Shown: positions 16,115 to 24,288 of the stretch, piece by piece
Numbering within the stretch: position 1 is the stretch's first letter
Layout: each line of letters opens with the position of its first letter
Assembly (NCBI GenBank): GCA_963607925.1
Contig: CAVDFY010000024.1
Location: 10,082-46,356 of the forward strand
DNA: 36,275 nt
Source of the DNA: a bacterium
Lineage (GTDB): Bacteria > Bacillota_I > Bacilli_A > RF39 > UBA660
Direction: 5' to 3'
Program-made: the position numbers and the translations under genes
The notes under the pieces: model-generated
The model's database searches: none
Seen by the model: the letters and a program-made list of their open reading frames with translations, nothing else
Told to the model about the DNA's origin: nothing

Positions 16115-18886
16115 ATGAAGAAAAATAAATTGTTGATAACATTAATAACCATATTATTTTTACCATTTAGTATAAATGCTGTGGTAAGAAATAATTATGA
16201 TATAACAAAAGAAAACACAAATCTTTATATTAATGATTTTAGTAGAAATAATATATATATTATTAAAAGTACTTCTTCATTTAACGTACCATTCATATAT
16301 AACAACGGAACATTGAGCGTAGATACATATTTCAAAAATGGTGGTTTATTAAATAGATATGAATTTTTAATATCTAAATCTTTAGAAAATGATACATATT
16401 TATTTAATGGAAATAATTATTGGACATTAACATCAAGTGGAGATAAAGTATATATGATTGATAATTCTGCCACAGATAATATATCTCTTCAAGAAAAAAC
16501 AGTATTAAGTGGTGGAAGAGTAACTGAATACATAAAAGAAGAAACTGGAGTAAGTGGAAGTGGAAAATATACAGACCCATGGGTATTTATTGAAAGATAT
16601 AAAGTAACAGCAAAAAGTTCAAATACATCATATGGAACAGTTACACCAAGTGAAAAGTATGTAAATAAAGGTGAAACACTAACATTTAATCTTTCACCAG
16701 CAAGTGAATATGAATATAGCAACAATGATTGTGGAGCAACATATTCAAACGGGAAATTAATTCTATCAAATATTCAAGCAGATAAAAATTGTATAGTAAA
16801 TTTCAAAAAGAAAGTTTACAAATTAACTTTCAACAATAATGGTGGAAGCGAATGTACAAGCCAAACAGCAACAAGTGGTAATGAATGGGGAACACTTTGT
16901 ACACCAAAAAGAACAAATTATAGTTTCTTAGGCTGGTTTACATCAGCGACTGGCGGAACAGAAGTAACTTCGAAAACAATAGCTACAAAAGACCAAACTG
17001 TGTATGCACATTGGGAATATACAACATTAAAATTAACCTATGATAATAATGGTGGAAGTGGATGTACAAGCAAGAACTTTGTTAAAAATCAAAAAGTAGG
17101 AACTTTATGTGTTCCAACGAAAGCATCAAATGAGTTTGCAGGATGGTACACATCAGCAACAGGTGGAACAGAAGTAACAAGTGACACTGTATTAAGTGAA
17201 GCAACAACAGTATATGCACACTGGACACCAACATGCTTTGCGTTTACACCATCAACAGGAACAATAACAGATTATTATGATTATAAAGGAAACGATTCTT
17301 CAAACGGAAGTTGTTCAAGAAGCGTTACAATACCAAGTACAATAAGTGGTAAAACTGTATTGAAAATAGGCAATTACTCATTTGAAGAAAAAAATATAAC
17401 ATCAGTGACAATACCAAATACAGTAACTGAAATAGGATATAATGCATTTTATAAAAATAGTATAACATCATTAATTATTCCATCAAGTGTTAAGCAAATT
17501 AATATTTCAGCATTCTATCAAAATAATATATCTACATTAACATTAAATGAAGGCTTAACATATATTGGAAGCAGTGCATTTTATCAAAATAAACTAACAA
17601 CGCTTAAAACACCAAGTACATTAACTGAAATAGGAGATTCAGCATTTTCAGAAAATAGTATAGCAACATTAACATTAAATGAAGGCTTAACATATATTGG
17701 AGGCAGTGCTTTTTACAAAAATAAGTTAACAACACTAAAGACACCAAGCACATTAACTAAGATATATTATTCAGCATTTGAAAAAAATAATATAGCAACA
17801 TTAACATTAAATGAAGGCTTAACATATATTGGAGGCAGTGCTTTCTCTTATAATAAGTTAACAACAGTAAAAACTCCTTCAACGTTAACAGAATTAGGTT
17901 CATACGCTTTCTCTAACAATCAAATAACTTCACTAACTTTAAATGATAAATTAACCACAATAGGAGACTTTGCATTTTACTACAACAAAATTCCAACAGT
18001 TACAATACCAAAATCAGTTACAAGTTTAGGAAATGCATCATTCAATAACAATCAGCTTCCAGACAGCATAGCTACATTCTATAAAAGAAATAGCGACGGA
18101 AGTGAAGATAAAACAACTGTTGTAAGTTATGGAGGTTCAAATAGAACTGACGTTATTGTGCCAAGCACAACTAAAACAATAAATCCTTATGCATATTATA
18201 GTAATTATATAAGTAAAATTACTCTTCCAGAAGGATTAACTAAAATTGATTCAGATGGTATAGCATTTAATAGTTTAAGCGAGATAACATTACCATCAAC
18301 TGTTAATTATCTTGGAGGATGGGCATTATATGCAAATGATATTAGAAATATAGATTATAATAATACTGTAATAACATATATTGGAACAGCTGCAATGAAT
18401 GCAAATAATTTAGATGATTCTCAAGCATTTGTATATGCTAAAAATTCTGATGGAACAGATGATAAAACAAAATTAATAAGTTATGGTGGAGCAAAAACGA
18501 CTGGTGTTGTAGTACCAAATAGTGTTAAAGAAATAGGTGTTTATGCATTCTTTTCAGACTGGATAAGGTCTATAGTATTCCCAGAAGGACTAGAAACAAT
18601 TGGCTATTCAGCATTTCGCGCATGCAGTTTAAGTGGAAGTATAACAATTCCATCAACTGTAACATCCATTGACAGTAGTGCATTTATAAAAACAACAAGA
18701 GATAGTTACTACAATACTGGATTAACAGAAATAGTAAATAAAACTGGCAAATCATTTAAATGGCATACAATAATTAATAATGATTATTACTATTACAAAG
18801 ATTACCCAACAGTATACCAAAAAACATTTGAATTTGAGACTGGTACTGTAGTAAATCCAGTAGGAGACGTCACTATTTCAAAATAA
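16115..18886 (+). CDS. Secreted protein (paralog B): shared N-terminal module, InlB-type B-repeats and an expanded BspA-type LRR region
   Basis: Signal peptide MKKNKLLITLITILFLPFSINA. Residues ~60-430 are identical to paralog A. The LRR half is diverged and contains three tandem 44-aa units. The C-terminal block NKTGKSFKWHTIIN...FE(F)ETGTV is shared with A. Confidence 0.88.
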   Translation: MKKNKLLITLITILFLPFSINAVVRNNYDITKENTNLYINDFSRNNIYIIKSTSSFNVPFIYNNGTLSVDTYFKNGGLLNRYEFLISKSLENDTYLFNGNNYWTLTSSGDKVYMIDNSATDNISLQEKTVLSGGRVTEYIKEETGVSGSGKYTDPWVFIERYKVTAKSSNTSYGTVTPSEKYVNKGETLTFNLSPASEYEYSNNDCGATYSNGKLILSNIQADKNCIVNFKKKVYKLTFNNNGGSECTSQTATSGNEWGTLCTPKRTNYSFLGWFTSATGGTEVTSKTIATKDQTVYAHWEYTTLKLTYDNNGGSGCTSKNFVKNQKVGTLCVPTKASNEFAGWYTSATGGTEVTSDTVLSEATTVYAHWTPTCFAFTPSTGTITDYYDYKGNDSSNGSCSRSVTIPSTISGKTVLKIGNYSFEEKNITSVTIPNTVTEIGYNAFYKNSITSLIIPSSVKQINISAFYQNNISTLTLNEGLTYIGSSAFYQNKLTTLKTPSTLTEIGDSAFSENSIATLTLNEGLTYIGGSAFYKNKLTTLKTPSTLTKIYYSAFEKNNIATLTLNEGLTYIGGSAFSYNKLTTVKTPSTLTELGSYAFSNNQITSLTLNDKLTTIGDFAFYYNKIPTVTIPKSVTSLGNASFNNNQLPDSIATFYKRNSDGSEDKTTVVSYGGSNRTDVIVPSTTKTINPYAYYSNYISKITLPEGLTKIDSDGIAFNSLSEITLPSTVNYLGGWALYANDIRNIDYNNTVITYIGTAAMNANNLDDSQAFVYAKNSDGTDDKTKLISYGGAKTTGVVVPNSVKEIGVYAFFSDWIRSIVFPEGLETIGYSAFRACSLSGSITIPSTVTSIDSSAFIKTTRDSYYNTGLTEIVNKTGKSFKWHTIINNDYYYYKDYPTVYQKTFEFETGTVVNPVGDVTISK
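16295..17406 (+). repeat. Copy 2 of the 1112-bp perfect direct repeat
   Basis: See 13173-14284. Confidence 0.9.
17534..17929 (+). repeat. Three tandem in-frame 132-bp units (two LRRs each)
   Basis: Units start at 17534, 17666 and 17798 with ACATTAACATTAAATGAAGGCTTAACATATATTGGA. The 36-nt unit starts are identical and the remainder of each unit is diverged. Confidence 0.85.
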
Positions 18887-18918
18887 AGAAATTAACTAAA
18901 AATTAATTTCTTTTTTAT
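18886..18918 (+). terminator. Intrinsic terminator of unit 2
   Basis: AAGAAATTAA / TTAATTTCTT 10-bp stem, 7-nt loop and a T-run. Confidence 0.8.
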
Positions 18919-18993
18919 TTATTTAAAAATCATTTACTTAAAAATTTTACTTTGATATAATAAAAGAGAAAATAGATAATAAAGGAGAGTTGA

Positions 18994-20229
18994 ATGAAAC
19001 CAATAAATGTAACAAGTGAGATAAATCCACTAAAAAAAGTATTAGTTCATAGACCTGGTAGAGAATTATTGAATCTTACACCGGATAGTCTTGGTAGATT
19101 ACTATTTGATGATATTCCATACTTACCAGTTGCCCAAGAAGAACATGATGAATTCGTAAGAATCTTAAAAGATAATGGAGTAGAAGTAGTATATTTAGAA
19201 GATTTGATGACTGAAGTACTAGATTTAGATCCTGAAATTAGAGAAAGATTTATTACTCAATTTATCTATGAAGCAGGTATTCGTACTCCAAAATATAGAG
19301 GACTTGTATATGAATACTTATCATCAATAGAGAATAATAGACTTCTAGTTTTAAAAACTATGGAAGGAATTATTAATAATGAAGTAATTAAAGCTAAAGC
19401 TAAAAAAGGTAAAAGTTTAGTAGACTCAATCAAAGAAGATACTCAATTTGTAGTGGATCCTATGCCAAACTTATACTTTACTCGTGACCCATTTGCATCA
19501 ATCGGAAATGGTGTATCACTAAATAGAATGTACTCAGTTACTCGTAATAGAGAAACAATATATGCTGAATATATATTTGAGTATCATCCAGATTATAAAG
19601 GACAAGTAGATAAGTATTTTGATAGATACAGTGCTTATCATATTGAAGGTGGAGATGTTCTTAATTTAAATGAACATATCTTAGCAATAGGAATTAGTCA
19701 AAGAACATGTGCTGATGCTATAGAAGAATTAGCATATAAAGTATTTGCTGATAAAGATGCTAAAATTGATACTATCTTAGCATTTACTATTCCAGAATGT
19801 CGTGCCTTCATGCATTTAGACACTGTATTTACTCAAATAGATGTAGATAAATTTACTTATCATCCAGGAATTATGGGAACACTTAAAGTATTTGAAATAA
19901 CTAGTGATGGTGAAGGAGGACTTAATGTTAAAGAAAGAAATGCTTCACTTGAAAAGATATTAGAAGATTATCTTCATAGAAAAATAACTTTAATACCATG
20001 TGCTGGTGGAGATAAGATTGGCGCTGAACGTGAGCAATGGAATGATGGAAGCAATACATTGTGTATAGCTCCAGGAGTAGTTATTGTTTATGATAGAAAT
20101 AATATCACTAATGAATTATTAAGAGACAATGGAATTAAAGTTCTTGAAATGCATAGTGCAGAGTTATCTAGAGGTAGAGGTGGTCCAAGATGTATGTCAA
20201 TGCCTTTAGTAAGAGCTGACAAGCCTTGA
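18994..20229 (+). CDS. arcA: Arginine deiminase
   Basis: MKPINVTSEINPLKKVLVHRPGRELLNLTP N-terminus, FTRDPF, HLDTVFT, and the catalytic Cys in GGPRCMSMPL. Confidence 0.93.
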   Translation: MKPINVTSEINPLKKVLVHRPGRELLNLTPDSLGRLLFDDIPYLPVAQEEHDEFVRILKDNGVEVVYLEDLMTEVLDLDPEIRERFITQFIYEAGIRTPKYRGLVYEYLSSIENNRLLVLKTMEGIINNEVIKAKAKKGKSLVDSIKEDTQFVVDPMPNLYFTRDPFASIGNGVSLNRMYSVTRNRETIYAEYIFEYHPDYKGQVDKYFDRYSAYHIEGGDVLNLNEHILAIGISQRTCADAIEELAYKVFADKDAKIDTILAFTIPECRAFMHLDTVFTQIDVDKFTYHPGIMGTLKVFEITSDGEGGLNVKERNASLEKILEDYLHRKITLIPCAGGDKIGAEREQWNDGSNTLCIAPGVVIVYDRNNITNELLRDNGIKVLEMHSAELSRGRGGPRCMSMPLVRADKP

Positions 20230-22613
20230 AAAAAAATAGAAGTATTGTTGTAGCTTTAGGTGGAAATGCTCTTGGGAATAATCCTGAAGAGCAACTAAAG
20301 CTAGTTAAGAACACTGCTAAATCAATCGTAGATTTAGTTAGTGAAGGATATAATGTAGTTGTAAGCCACGGAAATGGACCTCAAGTGGGAATGATTAACC
20401 TAGCATTTGAGGAATCTAAAGACACACCAAATATGCCATTCGCAGAATGTGGTGCGATGAGTCAAGGATACATAGGTTATCACTTACAACAAGCAATTCA
20501 AACTGAATTGAAAGCAAGGGATATCAATAAAGGATGTGCATCAGTAGTTACACAAGTACTTGTTGATAAAAAAGACCCAGCTTTTAATAAACCAGATAAA
20601 CCTGTTGGTTCGTTTTATACCAAAAAAGAAGCAGATAAAATTGCTTCTGAAAGAGGTTATACGTTCACAGAAGATGCTGGAAGAGGCTATAGGAGAGTTG
20701 TACCTTCTCCTAAACCTATAGAAATAGTAGAACTTGATTTAATTAAAGACCTTTTAGATCAAGGAAATATTGTTATAGTATCAGGAGGAGGAGGAATACC
20801 AGTTGTTAAGGAAGGTGGTTCTTTAAAAGGAGTAGCAGCTGTTATTGATAAAGATAGATCTAGCTCACTTTTAGCAAGAAAACTAGATGCAGATATCTTA
20901 TTAATACTTACTACTGTAGAAAAAGTTTCACTTAAATATAACACAGTCGACCAAATTAATATTCATAATTTAGAAGTATCTGAAGCAAAAAAATACATCA
21001 AATCTGGTGAGTTCGCTAAAGGAAGTATGCTTCCAAAAGTAGAATCATGTATAGATTTTTGTGAATACAAAGAAGGTGGCGTTGGTATTATCACATCACT
21101 TGATTGTGCCAAAGAGGCTATCAATGAAGAAACAGGTACAATAATTAGAAATATGAAAAAGGGAGGCAAAAAAATGGCTAAAACAAGAAAAAAAGAAAGA
21201 ATGTCAGCCTTTACAATTATCTTCCTACTTATTATTGCTCTTGCATTAATTACTTTAATTCTTCCAAATGCTGCATTTGATGAAGCAGGAACAATAATTA
21301 ATGGTAGTGGAGTAGTTAAAGCAAAAATATCAGATGTTTTACTATCACCAATACTAGGTTTTGGAAGTGCTGTAGACGTATGTGTATTCGTTCTTATACT
21401 TGGAGGATTCTTACAAGTAGTAACTAAATCAGGGGCTCTAGAAAATGGAATTAAGGTCTTAGTTAAAAAATTAAAAGGAAATGAATTAGTATTAATTCCA
21501 ATACTAATGATAATATTCTCAATAGGTGGAACAACCTATGGAATGTTAGAAGAAACAGTTGGTTTCTATGCATTACTTGCATTTACAATGGTAGCTGCAG
21601 GTATGGATACAATCGTTGCATCAGCAACTGTATTATTAGGTGCTGGTAGTGGTGTTTTAGGTTCAACTATTAACCCATTTGCAACAGGAGCAGCTGTAGC
21701 AGCTTTACCAGAGGGAATGACTGTTAATCAAGGCGTTATTATAGCTTTAGGTACAGTACTTTGGTTAGTATCTTTAGGAATTTCAATGTTCTTTGTAATG
21801 AGATATGCTAAAAAAGTAAAAGCTGACAAAGGTTCGACTTTCTTATCATTACAAGAGCAAAAGAAGATGGAAAAATTCAAAGAAAAAGATGAATCAAAAG
21901 AAGTTACTCTTACTGGAAGACAAAAGGTTACCTTATGGATTTTCGGTATAACATTCTTAATTATGATTATTGGATTTATTCCATGGGAAGAATTTGGTAT
22001 TACATTCTTTAAGTCATGGACTGGCTGGTTAACAGGAACACCTCTTGGTGAGTGGTACTTTAATGAATCAGCAGCATGGTTCTTCATAATGGCAATTATT
22101 ATTGGTATTATTAATGGATTCAGTGCTAATCAAATTATAGATGAATTTATTGCAGGTGCAAGAGATATTTTATCAGTTGTACTTATCGTTGCAGTAGCAC
22201 GTGGTGTTTACTCATTAATGAGTCAAACATATTTAGATAACTACATTATTTATAATGTTGCAGATATGTTAAAAGGAACTCCAGTTGCATTATTTACTCC
22301 TTGTAACTATCTATTACATATAGTACTTTCAGTACTTGTACCATCTAGTTCAGGACTTGCAACTATTTCAACACCAATTATGGCTCCACTTGCAGCACAA
22401 CTTGGTTATAGTGTAGAAACAACAATTATGACTTTCGTTGCAGCAAATGGACTTGTAAACTTAATTACTCCAACATGTGGAGCAATTATGGGTGGTTTAG
22501 CTCTTGCTAAAGTTAATTACACAACTTGGGTTAAATGGGCTACTAAAGTTATAGTAACTATCGGTTTAGCTTCAATGGTAATCTTAACATTCGCATCAGT
22601 TATACTTTCTTAA
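20226..22613 (+). CDS. arcC: Carbamate kinase fused in frame to a YfcC/ArcD-type (DcuC-like) membrane transporter
   Basis: The TTG start overlaps the arcA stop (TTGA). Residues 1-308 are carbamate kinase (IVVALGGNAL, SHGNGPQVG, VSGGGGIP, GSMLPKV). There is no stop codon after the kinase domain. SD AAGGGAGG and ATG 21174 precede MAKTRKKERMSAFTIIFLLII... and ~11 predicted TM segments typical of the putative arginine/ornithine antiporter family. Confidence 0.85.
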   Translation: MKKNRSIVVALGGNALGNNPEEQLKLVKNTAKSIVDLVSEGYNVVVSHGNGPQVGMINLAFEESKDTPNMPFAECGAMSQGYIGYHLQQAIQTELKARDINKGCASVVTQVLVDKKDPAFNKPDKPVGSFYTKKEADKIASERGYTFTEDAGRGYRRVVPSPKPIEIVELDLIKDLLDQGNIVIVSGGGGIPVVKEGGSLKGVAAVIDKDRSSSLLARKLDADILLILTTVEKVSLKYNTVDQINIHNLEVSEAKKYIKSGEFAKGSMLPKVESCIDFCEYKEGGVGIITSLDCAKEAINEETGTIIRNMKKGGKKMAKTRKKERMSAFTIIFLLIIALALITLILPNAAFDEAGTIINGSGVVKAKISDVLLSPILGFGSAVDVCVFVLILGGFLQVVTKSGALENGIKVLVKKLKGNELVLIPILMIIFSIGGTTYGMLEETVGFYALLAFTMVAAGMDTIVASATVLLGAGSGVLGSTINPFATGAAVAALPEGMTVNQGVIIALGTVLWLVSLGISMFFVMRYAKKVKADKGSTFLSLQEQKKMEKFKEKDESKEVTLTGRQKVTLWIFGITFLIMIIGFIPWEEFGITFFKSWTGWLTGTPLGEWYFNESAAWFFIMAIIIGIINGFSANQIIDEFIAGARDILSVVLIVAVARGVYSLMSQTYLDNYIIYNVADMLKGTPVALFTPCNYLLHIVLSVLVPSSSGLATISTPIMAPLAAQLGYSVETTIMTFVAANGLVNLITPTCGAIMGGLALAKVNYTTWVKWATKVIVTIGLASMVILTFASVILS

Positions 22614-22624
22614 TAAAAAGAAAC

Positions 22625-22654
22625 AAAAAACTCCAACAGGAGTTTTTTTATTTT
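22625..22654. terminator. Bidirectional intrinsic terminator
   Basis: AAAAAACTCC aaca GGAGTTTTTT with flanking A- and T-runs, between convergent genes. Confidence 0.85.
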
Positions 22655-22661
22655 GAAAAAA

Positions 22662-22931
22662 TTATATCATATACAAATTACTATCATTAACTTCAAGTGA
22701 AGCAGATTCTAACTTTTGAAGTCTAGTATCCAAATTTCTAACTTGTCTTTCAAGTTTATTAATTCTACTTTCAAACTCATCGTTACTTGTATATCCCATT
22801 TGTTCAGGGATAACATTAGGTCCATAAGCTTGATATTGACTATTAATATTATAACCACTTGGTGGTATAAAACCTCCAGGATTACTATAACCTTGATTTA
22901 AATTTTGATAAAACATATCTCTATTATTCAT
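22662..22931 (-). CDS. Hypothetical small protein (89 aa) with a Y/G/N/P-rich N-terminal half and a C-terminal coiled coil
   Basis: SD AGGTGA lies upstream of ATG 22931 (MNNRDMFYQN). The heptad-like segment is ESRINKLERQVRNLDTRLQKLES. Confidence 0.6.
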   Translation of the reverse strand: MNNRDMFYQNLNQGYSNPGGFIPPSGYNINSQYQAYGPNVIPEQMGYTSNDEFESRINKLERQVRNLDTRLQKLESASLEVNDSNLYMI

Positions 22932-23000
22932 ACACTCACCTATAATAATATATGACAAAAGATTACTCTTAGTGTATAATATTAATGCGAGGTGAGTATT

Positions 23001-23618
23001 TTGCGATTAAAACATATAAAAAACGCAGAAGAAATAATATCAAAATCAAAATATTTAGAACAAAATCCAAGAGAAAATAAAGGTAAATGGAATAAAGCAT
23101 TTAATAATGATAATAATATAGAAATAGAAATTGGAATGGGCAAGGGAAAATTCATAATTGAGAAGGCAATACAAAATCCAAATATTAATTTTATAGGTAT
23201 TGAAAAATATGATAGTCCTTTAGTAAGTGCAGTTAAAAAACTTGATGAGCTTGAACTTAATAATTTAAAATTAGTTTGCATAGATGCACTTGGAATAGAA
23301 GAAGTATTTGATCATGAGATTGATAAAATATACTTGAATTTTAGTGATCCATGGCCTAAAAAAAGACATGCCAAGAGAAGATTAACATCAAGTGTATTCT
23401 TAAATAAATATGAAAGTTTATTTAAAAACGAAAAACGCATTGAAATGAAAACAGATAATGATGACTTATATGATTACTCTTGTGAGTCATTCATAGAAAA
23501 TGGATATGATATAGTAAAAACAGACACTAATTATTTAGATACCATAAGAACTGAGTATGAAGATAAATTCATTGGTTTAGGTAAAAACATAAATTATATT
23601 AGTGTTGTTAAAAAATAA
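23001..23618 (+). CDS. trmB: tRNA (guanine46-N7)-methyltransferase
   Basis: EIGMGKGKFIIEKAIQNPNINFIGIE (SAM-binding site), YLNFSDPWPKKRHAKRRLT and KTDN. I prefer the TTG 23001 start (MRLKHIK, cf. B. subtilis MRMRHKP) because the SD GAGGTGA overlaps the alternative GTG at 22992. Confidence 0.9.
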   Translation: MRLKHIKNAEEIISKSKYLEQNPRENKGKWNKAFNNDNNIEIEIGMGKGKFIIEKAIQNPNINFIGIEKYDSPLVSAVKKLDELELNNLKLVCIDALGIEEVFDHEIDKIYLNFSDPWPKKRHAKRRLTSSVFLNKYESLFKNEKRIEMKTDNDDLYDYSCESFIENGYDIVKTDTNYLDTIRTEYEDKFIGLGKNINYISVVKK

Positions 23619-23656
23619 ATTATTTGCTATAATTTTAATGTAGTAGGAGATAAGAA

Positions 23657-24271
23657 ATGTATAAGAAAATTATAATTGTATTATGTTTATTTCTTTTTAC
23701 TGGATGTACAAGAACTTACTATATGAATAGTCTTTCTTATGAAGAAATATTAAATTATGCAACAATAGAAGAAAATGACTTACATAATACAAATAATAAA
23801 GGATTTAAATATTATTTACCAACTGGATTTAGTGTAACTAAAGATGACGGATTCAATCAAACACTTACATCACATAATAATATCTATTATTTAAATATTG
23901 ATATAGTTAGTTATTATTATAAAAAGGGAACTGAAGAAACAAAAGAATTAGATGATTATTACTTCTATAAATTCAATAAAAATAGTAAAGATGGATACTT
24001 AAGAATAAGAAAAAATAATGATAAATTTTTTGTTGAGTTGTGTTATAATTATGCTATAATAGAAGTAGAGGTAGAAGAAAGTGAGATAAAGTATGCAGTT
24101 TCAAGAGGAATCACTATTCTAAACTCAGTAAAATATAATGATACTGTAATAGAAAAGAAGCTAAATGATAAGGATTTAGAATCAAAAGAAACAGCATATA
24201 AAATTCCAGAGCCTAAAGAAAAAAATGAAACAAAAAATGTTCTTGAATACATAAATGAGAATGAAGAATAG
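23657..24271 (+). CDS. Lipoprotein of unknown function (204 aa)
   Basis: Lipobox LFTGC in MYKKIIIVLCLFLFTGCTRT. SD AGGAGA. Confidence 0.75.
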   Translation: MYKKIIIVLCLFLFTGCTRTYYMNSLSYEEILNYATIEENDLHNTNNKGFKYYLPTGFSVTKDDGFNQTLTSHNNIYYLNIDIVSYYYKKGTEETKELDDYYFYKFNKNSKDGYLRIRKNNDKFFVELCYNYAIIEVEVEESEIKYAVSRGITILNSVKYNDTVIEKKLNDKDLESKETAYKIPEPKEKNETKNVLEYINENEE

Positions 24272-24288
24272 AAGAAAGAGGTGCGATT

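Noticed and set aside
20759-22087. Minus-strand ORFs within arcC and the transporter (20759-20944, 20963-21169, 21728-22087)
   Set aside because: They are antisense shadows of a well-supported CDS.
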